Assembly: GCA_032718475.1 (NCBI GenBank)
Contig: JAUCBJ010000811.1
Location: forward strand, 1-35,692
Source: Nemertoderma westbladi
Lineage: Eukaryota; Animalia; Xenacoelomorpha
DNA: 35,692 nucleotides
Reading direction: 5' to 3'
Below, piece by piece: positions 1 through 10,191 of this stretch. Position numbers and translations under genes: made by a program. The notes under the pieces are model-generated. The model made no database searches. It saw nothing but the letters and a program-made list of their open reading frames with translations, and was not told where the DNA came from. Within the stretch, counting starts at the first letter, position 1, and each line of letters begins with the position of its first letter.

Positions 1-42
1 AGGTGCGTTGTCCACCCCCCAGGACGAACTAGGAGAACATAG

Positions 43-3000
43 CATAAGGTCAGTGAAAATGGTACTACTACTACTCAAGCAGACCTTTATAATTGGGACG
101 AGGATGAGAGCATCCAACATCTTAAGATACCTCGATTCCAGACTGATTATCCTGGAGTGCAAATACTCATCGGCCAAAACGCGCATGAGGCGCTCGAGAC
201 ATTGGAGAAACGGCCTGCTCAACCGCAGCCACTACAAACCTATGCGGTAAGAACTAGAGTAGGTTGGTACTTTACTGGCCCTTCCCGTAGAACTCTCATG
301 GAAAGATTACCGAAAGATCAGGTATATCAAGTGCGAGAATGGGAAGTTGAGAACAGTGAGTTCGACGATCCAGCTGAGGGAACTCCATACTCCTCAGACA
401 ACGATGATATACATCAACTCTTCGATGAGGAGAATGCCATCGATCTCCTTAAGGAAAGCGAGACTTGGCAAAATCAAGTGAACTTATGTCAACTCCTTCT
501 CCCATCCGAGCGAGACGACTATAACGACGAGCTTAATGACGTCATTGAACGTTATAATGCCAAGACTCGGGATGAACACGCCGTGAGATTCTTTACTCAA
601 GAGGTCGTAGAGCCCAACTCCTACGATAAGGCCCTATCGGTGGAGGAAGAAAGAGCCAAGCAGATCCAAGCGACAACTACTCGTTTTCTTAAAGATCAAG
701 GTAGGTATGAGATCGGACTTCCTTTCCGAAAGCGAGAACCAAAGTTCATTAACAACAGACCTTTGGCGGAGAAAAGAATTGCTCAACTACATCGACGCCT
801 TACGGCAAATTCTTCAGCTAAAGAAATGTATCAAACACAGTTGAAGAAGTTTATTAGCAAGGGATATGCGGAGCTAGTACCGGAAGAAACACCCATAACT
901 GAGAGAACGTATTATTTAACTCACCATTACGTTCCCAAACCCGGTAAACCCCATGAAGTACGAGTGGTGTTTGACGGTTCCGCCCTTTATATGGGCCAAT
1001 CTCTTAATTCTGAATTGTTACCCGGACCCAACTTACTTCAATCCTTGTTGGGAATACTATTAAGATTAAGACAATACTCCATTGCTTTCGCCTCAGATAT
1101 AGAAGGCATGTTCTTACAAGTCAAAGCGCTGGATAGGGATCGAGATAGCCTACGATTTTTGTGGTGGCCTGAAGGAGACCTCAACAAGAAACCGGTGGAG
1201 TACTGGATGACCATCCAAGCTTTCGGGATAATCTCGAGCCCTTCAAACGCCTGTTCCGTGGTGCGCACTACTGCGGATGACAACCGAGACGCCTTCTCTA
1301 AAGAGGTGATCGACAATATCAAACGAGACATCTACATGGACGATAATCTGAAGTCCCTTCCATCAGTCGAAGAAGCCATTGAGGTCGCTAAAGGAACGGT
1401 AGAATGTTTAAAGAAAGGTGGATTTCGATTAACTAAATTCACTAGCAACTCCCGTGAGTTTCTGGAGTCGATCCCGGTAGAAGATCGAGGAACAAAAGAC
1501 CTAGATCTAATAAAGGATGATCTCCCAGAAACTAAGACCCTTGGTTTGAAATGGGACACAGAAAGAGATATCCTGTTTTTCCAATTAAAACAGCGAGATA
1601 ATCCAGTTCGGACTAAACGGATATGTTTAAGTATCCTGAGCACTTATTTCGATCCATTGGGATTTATTAGCCCAGTTATATTAATTGCTCGGAGTTTAGT
1701 ACAACAAATGTGGCTTGAAAACCACTCATGGGACGATCCACTTAAGGGAGAATTATTAAAGAAGTGGATGAAATGGGAAGATTCTCTACCAGCAATCGAA
1801 AACTTTATAATTTCCCGTTCATATTTTGGTCATGTTCTCCCTACGTATTCATATCAACTCCATGTGTTTGGAGACGGCAGCGATATGGGAATCGGTATAG
1901 TAGCCTACCTAAGGGTGGAAACTCCGGACGGAATTAAAGTCGCCTTGGTTACCTCTAAGGCATTAATAAACAACAAGTTGAAAGTTCCTCGAGCGGAGTT
2001 AAAAGCGGCTCTATACGCTACAGCCATCGGCCGGAATGTAACAGAACAGATCGACTATCCCCTGGAGAAAACTGTCTATTGGACCGATGCTTTACTCATG
2101 TTGGAGTATATAACCAATGAAGTCTGTCAGTTCAGCGTCTTCGTTACCAACAGAGTAGCTATTATACTCAGTCGCACGACGATGGATCAATGGAGACATT
2201 GCCCCGGAACGATTAATCCAGCGGACATCGCTTCCAGGGGAGCAACTCCACAAGAACTGGTAGATACTCCAGACTGGTTAGGTGGACCCGACTTCCTCTA
2301 CAAAAAAGAAGAAGAATGGCCTCCTCATCTTACTACAGCAGAAATTAGACAGGCCAAGGGAGCGGAGAAAGTCAAGCCTAAAACTCAGGCGAGTAAATCG
2401 AAGTTATTCAAACCCACAGTAGATCTGTCTGTACTACATACTTCCGGAGACGACGCTTTGGATCAGAAACCCACAGCCACAAATAAACCCATTGTGGAAA
2501 TCCGTGATAAGGATTGGAAATCTGGTATACCAGACGTCTCGCAAGGACTCTCACCTCTTCTGCAGAGAGCGATGCATCACTACAGTTCCTGGAATCGGCT
2601 TTGTAAGGCCATTACATATTTAAAGAGATGTTTTCACCATCACTACTCTGGGATGAAAACAAAGGGTGATACCGCTCCAATAACATCAGTGCAGGTCCAT
2701 GTTATTAAAGATCTTCCCAAATATAAGGTACCCGACAAGTTTCTGAAGGAGAAGATCAGTTATCAGGAGCATGAAGAAACCAACAAACAGATGCTGAGAC
2801 TCTTACAATGCTATGAAGATTCCGATAAGTATTTCCTGTTGTTGAGAAATCCACAGATGCGCTTAAGGGATCGTTTCTCTAGCACAATGATAGATGGGTT
2901 GATACGTGTTGGAGGAAGGTTAACGAATGCCCCATTATCCTTTGATACTAAGTTCCCCATACTCATTAGAAATCTTGAAATACAAGTCAAGATGATTGTA

Positions 3001-4218
3001 GATGTTCACAGCAAACTTTATCATGCTGGTAGAGAACGAGTTCTTAGCGAAATTCGAACTCGCTATTATTTTTATAAACCCCGTAGAGCTCTGAACCAAG
3101 TTCTTAGGAACTGTATACCCTGTAAGAGAGCATTCAGTAGGCCTTTAACACAGAGAGAGGCAGAATTACCTAGGGAACGAGTAAGCTTTTATGAACCACC
3201 CTTTACTAATACCGGTGTGGATTTATTTGGCCCTATTGAAGTATATCGTGCTAGGACTATAGTCAAGAGATGGTGTGTAATCTTTGTTTGTATGACTTGT
3301 AGAGCCATCCATCTCGATATGGTGAACGATTTATCTACCAACAGCTTTCTATTAAGCTTACGACGACAGATCGCTCGCTTTGGCACTAGTAACACGATGA
3401 GATCTGATAAGGGAACAAACTTCATTGGTGCCAACAATGAAATTAAAGCTTACGTCAAAGATTGGAACCAAAGACAGGTGGACGACCAACTGCGAGTAAC
3501 AGCGTCTAGTTGGACTTTCAACGCCGCCGACGCCCCTTGGTGGGGAGGAAGTTGGGAGAGATTAATAAGAAGTGTGAAGACGGCATTTCATTTTATAGTG
3601 CCTTGCCGCGCTTATCTCACCGACGAACTTTTGCGGACGTTAATGGAAGAAATCGCCGCCTATCTCAACGAGAGACCGCTTATGCCAGTCTCATCGAGTC
3701 CCGATTCCCTGGAAGCGCTAACACCCGCGCACTTCCTACTGAAGAAACCTGTAGCCATGCTCCCACAATCGGAAATCACAGACGGAGACGAATACTGCCG
3801 ACAAACTTGGCAACTCATGCAGTTGTTATCCCGTCGTTTCGCTGACCATTTCGAAAAACATTATCTGCCCACGCTACAACTTCGAACTAAGTGGTTTGCG
3901 CAGCAAGAAAACGTCAGCGCTGGAGACATGGTGCTTATTGTGGATGTGGATCTTCCACGTAAGCGGTGGCAGACAGGTCGTATAATCGAAACGCACATCT
4001 CGGATGCCGGTTTGGTGCGATTGGTAGAACTCGTCGTCATGCGACGTAACTTCAAGAAACCGGGAATTGTCTTCGAGACGCAGCAGCTCAATCGCCCGGT
4101 GGGACGTTTATGTTTACTGGAAAGAGACAGAGAACTCTCCGGAAACTATGGGAGACAAGATACTCTTCCCACGACCACCTCCCTAATCCAACAAACATCT
4201 AGGGACTCCCCAACTTAA
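43..4218 (+). CDS. pol: BEL/Pao Pol polyprotein (C-terminal protease region, reverse transcriptase, RNase H/A17 domain, integrase); 5'-partial
   Basis: Frame open from 43 (TAG at 40-42). Motifs: ILIG..., TRVGWYFTGP, RVVFDGS, SLNSELLPGPNL, DIEGMFLQV, YMDD, LGLKWD, FDPLG, LHVFGDGS, PRAEL, WTD, NPADIASRG, integrase HHCC (H...HAG...CIPC), GVDLFGP, SDKGTNF, GGSWERL. The PR-RT-RH-IN order and these motifs are typical of BEL/Pao. Confidence 0.96.
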   Translation, partial: HKVSENGTTTTQADLYNWDEDESIQHLKIPRFQTDYPGVQILIGQNAHEALETLEKRPAQPQPLQTYAVRTRVGWYFTGPSRRTLMERLPKDQVYQVREWEVENSEFDDPAEGTPYSSDNDDIHQLFDEENAIDLLKESETWQNQVNLCQLLLPSERDDYNDELNDVIERYNAKTRDEHAVRFFTQEVVEPNSYDKALSVEEERAKQIQATTTRFLKDQGRYEIGLPFRKREPKFINNRPLAEKRIAQLHRRLTANSSAKEMYQTQLKKFISKGYAELVPEETPITERTYYLTHHYVPKPGKPHEVRVVFDGSALYMGQSLNSELLPGPNLLQSLLGILLRLRQYSIAFASDIEGMFLQVKALDRDRDSLRFLWWPEGDLNKKPVEYWMTIQAFGIISSPSNACSVVRTTADDNRDAFSKEVIDNIKRDIYMDDNLKSLPSVEEAIEVAKGTVECLKKGGFRLTKFTSNSREFLESIPVEDRGTKDLDLIKDDLPETKTLGLKWDTERDILFFQLKQRDNPVRTKRICLSILSTYFDPLGFISPVILIARSLVQQMWLENHSWDDPLKGELLKKWMKWEDSLPAIENFIISRSYFGHVLPTYSYQLHVFGDGSDMGIGIVAYLRVETPDGIKVALVTSKALINNKLKVPRAELKAALYATAIGRNVTEQIDYPLEKTVYWTDALLMLEYITNEVCQFSVFVTNRVAIILSRTTMDQWRHCPGTINPADIASRGATPQELVDTPDWLGGPDFLYKKEEEWPPHLTTAEIRQAKGAEKVKPKTQASKSKLFKPTVDLSVLHTSGDDALDQKPTATNKPIVEIRDKDWKSGIPDVSQGLSPLLQRAMHHYSSWNRLCKAITYLKRCFHHHYSGMKTKGDTAPITSVQVHVIKDLPKYKVPDKFLKEKISYQEHEETNKQMLRLLQCYEDSDKYFLLLRNPQMRLRDRFSSTMIDGLIRVGGRLTNAPLSFDTKFPILIRNLEIQVKMIVDVHSKLYHAGRERVLSEIRTRYYFYKPRRALNQVLRNCIPCKRAFSRPLTQREAELPRERVSFYEPPFTNTGVDLFGPIEVYRARTIVKRWCVIFVCMTCRAIHLDMVNDLSTNSFLLSLRRQIARFGTSNTMRSDKGTNFIGANNEIKAYVKDWNQRQVDDQLRVTASSWTFNAADAPWWGGSWERLIRSVKTAFHFIVPCRAYLTDELLRTLMEEIAAYLNERPLMPVSSSPDSLEALTPAHFLLKKPVAMLPQSEITDGDEYCRQTWQLMQLLSRRFADHFEKHYLPTLQLRTKWFAQQENVSAGDMVLIVDVDLPRKRWQTGRIIETHISDAGLVRLVELVVMRRNFKKPGIVFETQQLNRPVGRLCLLERDRELSGNYGRQDTLPTTTSLIQQTSRDSPT

Positions 4219-4744
4219 CAACGGCTGGAGTGGGTGTGTGACCATATTACTTTATATTTGTATTTGTTTTATTTTTATATTTATGTATGTATTATTATGT
4301 AATTTTATTTTAATCGTTTTATTTAATTTTATTTGGTAGTATGGTATTTTAGAGATTATTTAGTAGATTAGTGCAATATATATTCGCGTTTATTATTTAA
4401 TTACGTATATTATATATTTAGTGCGACGGCGAGAAATAATTCTTTTTCTCTTTCCTTACTGCCCGTATTACATTATCAATACGTGACTACAGTAAGATGA
4501 AATCTTCGTACTTATTAAAGTACAATAAAGCCACTACTATATTCAAGTATTATTGGTAGGCAGAGTATTAGGAATGCAAAGTTCAGATCCTCGTGTCTCG
4601 GCTAAACCAAGCTCTGGGTAGACCTTGGAAACGACTTGCCTCTTCACACTGACATTGCTTCGTGCGATATTGCTCTCATACCGTATATTAAATAATACAT
4701 ATAGTAGCGTGATGTCCCTTTAACAGTAGCGTATAACGCAAAAT

Positions 4745-5075
4745 AAATCTGTTAAACCCTTTGACCATCTGTAATTCTAGTCGATTAAGATATCGCGGCA
4801 CCCACCGATATACTTGAAAGACAAATTTCTAGAATCAATGGTTAACGTCCCCAGACAAGTTCTGGAATAAACTGGTGCCCATCCTAAATATTAATTATTA
4901 ATATTTACAAAATCTGTCAAATATCAGATCCTTTAAAATTATAGTCGATTAAGATATCGTAGCAATTGACGATACTCTTAAAAGGACAAAATTCCTAGAA
5001 TCAAGGATCCCAGTCCCCAGACACGTTCTGGAATAAAATTGTGTCTATTTAACATTAAATAATAAAATTTATGGG
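4745..5075 (+). repeat. Diverged ~165-bp tandem duplication in the pol-ORF2 spacer
   Basis: Units start at AAATCTGT 4745 and 4910; shared blocks TAGTCGATTAAGATATCG, GACAAA, CTAGAATCAA, GTCCCCAGACA.GTTCTGGAATAAA. Confidence 0.8.
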
Positions 5076-5859
5076 AATAAATTTAAATTCATATATTTCA
5101 ATGAATTTAATAAATTGTCATTTTGTACAATTTATAACATTCCCAAAATTCCATTAATTAATAGATCATGGGAGCGGAGATTCATTTTATTAAGTGTATT
5201 TGTGTGCGAGAATCTCCAATGTATAGTCAATAGCCGATAAAATTCATAGAATCATGTATAAAGGGGATATTGACCATTAAAGAATTACTATTAAATAGCA
5301 TCCCAGATCTGTATGCATGAGAATTACCCTAATTCTACCGCTAGCTTTCCATAATGTCACCATGGCAACAACCACGCTAGAATTAGAAGTGAGTTAAAAG
5401 AACAATAGAAGGCATGCCCCATTGAATAGCATAGGGAATAAATAGCGCACTGCTAGTATCCAAGGATACATAATAAATACAGTGACATTCTGGAAGGTAC
5501 TGACTAACGGACAAATGGCCCGAATGTGTGCAGTTTGTTGCAGTTGTGTTGAATTTGTGTGTTTGTAGGTGAATGTTACTACTAAGGTGTGTTTACAGTA
5601 GCGAGTCGCAATTGTGAAAGTAACCCTAACTCTCCAAGAAGAACCTGCAGTACATCTAAGCCTTTGGGACGGACAGTGAAGTGACTTGTGCCGGTTATCG
5701 TTGTCGTTGTGTAGCTACATCGTTGGCGAAAGCACAGCGACGACGGTACATCGGCGCTGAGGATCTTACACTGTCCGGGGGCAAAAGAGGGGTAGGCAGC
5801 GACACCCGCTAGCCTAATATATATAGACTCATTATAATATTGATAAACTCATAGCAGAT

Positions 5860-8800
5860 ATGACTGAGTTGATAGAAGATGATCTTGGCATCCGGGAGCG
5901 ATATACTCTACCTTTACAAGCGTTTGTCGATAGCTTGATACGCGGCGATGCTGGTCCAACTACTACGGAAAATGATGGTCGTTATATCGAACCGCCAATG
6001 TCCCCGGAGCAACTTACGCGTGAATTGGACTATAGAAAGTTCACCGCTCGTTATACGCATCGTAATGGTACGTATATGGACTTCCTAACTACTGGCCATC
6101 CTATCGATTTACACGACACGGACGATGTGGATACCGAAAGGGAAATGGTTTTATTTAAATATCATACCCAACGGAATCGGAACGATAAGCCAAGAATAGA
6201 ACACGAGAACTCTATTCGAAACAGACTCGAAAGAGAAGACATTGAAGAGCCGGATAAACGCAACGACTTCAACGATTATCTGGAATTCTTGAGAGAAACA
6301 TACCTCAATATTGCCAGTCAACAAAATCTCGAAACTCGATATCCTCAAGGTATACATCATGATCCTATGATAGAACTCAAACGACTCTATTTCACTATGA
6401 TGTATCTTACCGCCGATCGACCGCTACCTGTTGTCCCAGATAGCTTCGAACAGATGGAGGAATATTGTAAAACTGGAGAACGATCACCCGCGTTTCCTCT
6501 GCAGGACATGCGTCTTTGGTATTACTGTGACGAATGCCCTAGACCCAATCAGCAAACGGAAAGACATAAACATCCGCGGAGACGTTGCGCTAAACACAGT
6601 TTTACACGATATACTTACGGGAGTTTCGAGCGAAACCTGTTCGACGTGTCCCCTGCGGTCGCTCGACTCAAGCGATCCTTGAACAAACCGATGATCAGAG
6701 TTCCGGAATACTCGGTCAGACCTCCGCATTCCTCAGTTAGACCTCAAACTCTTGACCCTAATAGTATCACGGATCCTCCCGAACTGTACTCACTGTTCAA
6801 AGATCTAGTGTTACCCGAACAGTTGATCGGTGGCACTCCGGTAGTAGGCTCACGAGACATTCGCCAACCCTACCTAGCTGGATTGGGACGTGGACATCTA
6901 ATATCGCCGTTTAACCCATACAACCGTCCCGGCTTCACCTCTATCCAACCCGTTACGGAAGTCGAAGAGAGCGTCGTACGAAACGCATTAGACGCTATTC
7001 GGCAGAAAATCGGAAAGGGAACGTACGATTGTTTGGAGAAGCGTAAATTGCAGCAACAAGTCCAAGCGGTGAAGGAATTAGCTTTACCCCAGTTCGATAG
7101 AGAAATACAAAATCTCGAGGAGGACATCGAACGGGGACGAACCTACTCTTTACAAGAGTTTCTAGATGAGCGTCTACAACAACAAGCGGAGGAGAATCAG
7201 CTCGAGGAGAGACATATAGAACTGGATGAGAGAGAAGAAGCGGCTTTAGCTCAACCCGAAGCGCAAATCCTTATGACGGATCTCTACTCTAAAACAATTC
7301 TTCATCCCTCGATGGTTCCCCATTTCAGAGACAAACTTTTTGCGACGGCACAACCCCAACCGGTTGATATCAACCTAAGATCTCGAGATCTTATCGCCGA
7401 CGCTCCTCTGTTGCAGCGTCCGCCCATCGAATCCGCTCGTGTCGATGGTATACTCGTTGAACCTCCGGACAATAGAGCAGATCTTGTCCGTCGCATGGTA
7501 CACGATGTAAACATACGCGCTAGACCTTTACCGGACTCGTTTTATGGGATCAAAGATCACCCTTATTACGTCAATCTAAAACAATATTACATGGTAAAAC
7601 CGGAAGATCCTACACATAGTCTGAAGTTTCTACCGTTAATAAATCCTCTCGATCTTGTCGAACTCGAACAACTGCAGAAACATCTGGATCAGTTAGTTAA
7701 AGTAAACTCGTTTCGAAAACCATATAATGTTTCCAGAATAGAGAAAGAAACAATACCTCCGTATAATCTTGATGGATTCATCAAAACTCGTTTAGTGCAC
7801 TGGAATCTTGATGTGTTATTCGAGGAGGAAAGAATACAACGATATGGAGATGTGGAAACATATACCACACAATATTTAAAGTATAAAGACCTGCCTAATG
7901 CTAGCGAATGTGCTACCTTGTGGCATCCTGTGGGAATGACACTAGAAAACGCCACAAAAGAGTGGAACGAAACTCTTAACGTTATCGAGATGTATGGAGT
8001 TGTCACTTACGATAACGAAGGTAGCGTTCCGGTTGGAGAACTTGGAACTACGCGGATGATACACATATGAGGACTCGCTGGTTCTACCCACGTATTTACT
8101 CGAGCGTGTTCCGACGTTATTGATTATTCTTTTGAAACTCTTACTGAGACACAAAAGATACTCCGACATGGACAATTTGAACTCGCGCAGCGTTACGTCA
8201 CCGACACCGAGCGCAAGCCGGCCATGGGTATCGATGGATCGATGTTACCCCAACCCGTGCTCGAGATGCTGTTTAACGAAGGAATCCTTAAAATCGGCTC
8301 AGCTGTTTATGGAGACCTACAGAACGACTTTCGGAATATGGAGAACATTCCATACCCCTTCGTTGATACTCAGCTGATTGCTCCTTGGGCAGAAGGCCGA
8401 GGTTTCTTCCGCACTACGTATGCCAATACACCCAGCGGAATTACCAAAGTACAACGAACCTCCATCGGACATCTTGCCTTTCAAGAATACGGATGGAATT
8501 TCAAGGTTGGAAATCCTATAAATTACCAACAAGTATACGGAGATCATTATTCTCGTTTATACTTTGATGGACCGTTGACCGCACCTGGCGCCGTGTATAG
8601 CTTTATGAGTGTTCCACTTCGTCCCTCCTTAGCTATATACACGATCTTTGAAAACGCAGCACTTGCCGGTTGGCTAGCCGATGTGTGCAGTCGTACCATA
8701 CGCGCCCATCCCTTAATACTTGGAACCAAACTCGCCAAGTTAGATGAACACAATAAATTCATCCGCTTTGAATGTTTCAGGCGCTTTCTGACTCCGTTCC

Positions 8801-10113
8801 GTAACGTTGATAGTCAGTTCAAGGACCGCGCTCTGACCAAACTCAGCCTGAGAGACTCAGCGGCGGAGAAGCTAAACAGCGCGGGATTTGCCCTTTTTCA
8901 GGACGTTTGTATACAGAACTTGCACTCATCTGTTATACAAAGACCCCGAATACCCACGGGTTATTCTGTCGTCGAAGTTCAGACAGTGGGTCAGCTTGCG
9001 GAGACAGCCGCACCTACCTCAGCTATGCAATTGGAAGACGAACCAATATGCTTAGAAGCTGAAGCGATTCAGCCTACAGCGCCCCGGAGCAGCGATAACG
9101 ACTACGTCTTAGAGTGGTATCAAGGTCCACAATGTCTCACCGCATACGATTATCGACACGCTAACTATGTTTCTCGAAAACGTTGTCGATTATGCGCATC
9201 GAGAGACCATTTCACTCCTATGGACTCAGACGTACCCTGTTCCTATTTCCACGAACAACCAATGATGGAGATATATTGTGCGTATTGCAGACTTAATAAC
9301 TCTCATATTTTTGCAGTCTGCCCCCAATTTATGACTCAATGCCACCACTGTCAACTTAAAGGACATGCCAGTTATAATTGCCCCTTTAATCACGATTTAG
9401 AGAGCGTAGATGAAATGATTACCCTGCGCTACATCCGAGCTTGGGAAGCTAACGCGGATTTACACTGTGAGTCCCATCATCGATACTACCCTGGACGCTC
9501 TTACGAGGGAGTTTACGCGTTCCATCCTTATTTATTAGCGTCTGTGGAACAAAAAACACGCATACCGAGTTACGAGCTAATGAAGCGTGTTGGTGAGTGT
9601 ATTTCCACTAAATTTGTTAAAAGATACCTTAGGAACGTCAATCCTAACGATATTACTTCATACCATTTGATCAATTATATCCGTCAAGACCCTGAGTATG
9701 GCGATTTATTTATCAACTCGCACCCTGAGTTACAGGAAGTATCTCGACGGCCCTACGAATATCGAGCCCGAGAACGCGAGCTGGAAAGAACTATTAAACC
9801 AAGGAAGTTTCTCACCACTCACGGTCCGCCTACCGCCATTGCCCAGACAACCCGTCAAGGACCCGTAGGAGCTGCTGTCCTGAGGCGCACCCTAAAGGCT
9901 GTTAGACCTCGCTCCACGGAAGTTGATATCGATCAACCAGGTACCTCGACCGGCGGATACACCGATCGCAATCCGAAGCCTTCTGATGCAATTGTGTTGC
10001 ACCCTTCACCCAGGAGTTACAGCCCTCCTAGTAAAGTGGCTCGCCCCAAAGAGAAAAGGACTCTTGCTAGCCTCAAAAAACTGCGTAAACGCCGTCCGCG
10101 TAAGAAAGACTAA
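5860..10113 (+). CDS. ORF2 of element A (~1417 codons, one in-frame TGA at 8068-8070): Cys/His motif, coiled coil, DEDDy-type 3'-5' exonuclease-like domain, CCHC zinc knuckles, basic C-terminus
   Basis: ORFs 5860-8070 and 8224-10113 are in the same frame and 8071-8223 is stop-free (GLAGSTHVFTRAC...KPA). Exonuclease-like motifs: VVTYDNEG (ExoI), LPQPVLEMLFNEGILKIGSAVYGDL (ExoII), FVDTQLIA, SIGHLA, PLRPSLAIYTIFENA (ExoIII-like). Knuckles at 9184-9381; KKLRKRRPRKK at the end. Confidence 0.75.
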
Positions 10114-10182
10114 CTGTTTAGAGTATTTTTATATTTTAGAAACTGTGATTTGTTATATTTTATAGACTTAAATCCCATTTTC

Positions 10183-10191
10183 TGGGAGCGG
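10183..10191 (+). promoter_or_regulatory. Putative polypurine tract of element A
   Basis: TGGGAGCGG immediately precedes the LTR start TGT; the same GGAGCGG precedes the 3' LTR start of element C (20883-20890, minus strand). Confidence 0.65.

Noticed and set aside
5498-5526. Hammerhead ribozyme-like CTGA...GAA
   Set aside because: Core deviates from CUGANGA/GAAA and the flanking stems are not convincing.
1038-8762. Short antisense and alternate-frame ORFs overlapping pol and ORF2
   Set aside because: Shadow ORFs of long coding frames with no recognisable motifs.
5860-10113. ORF2 as env, as a second gag, or as a host gene
   Set aside because: No evident signal peptide, TM anchor or BEL capsid (DUF1759-like) motif; intronless and directly followed by PPT and LTR.
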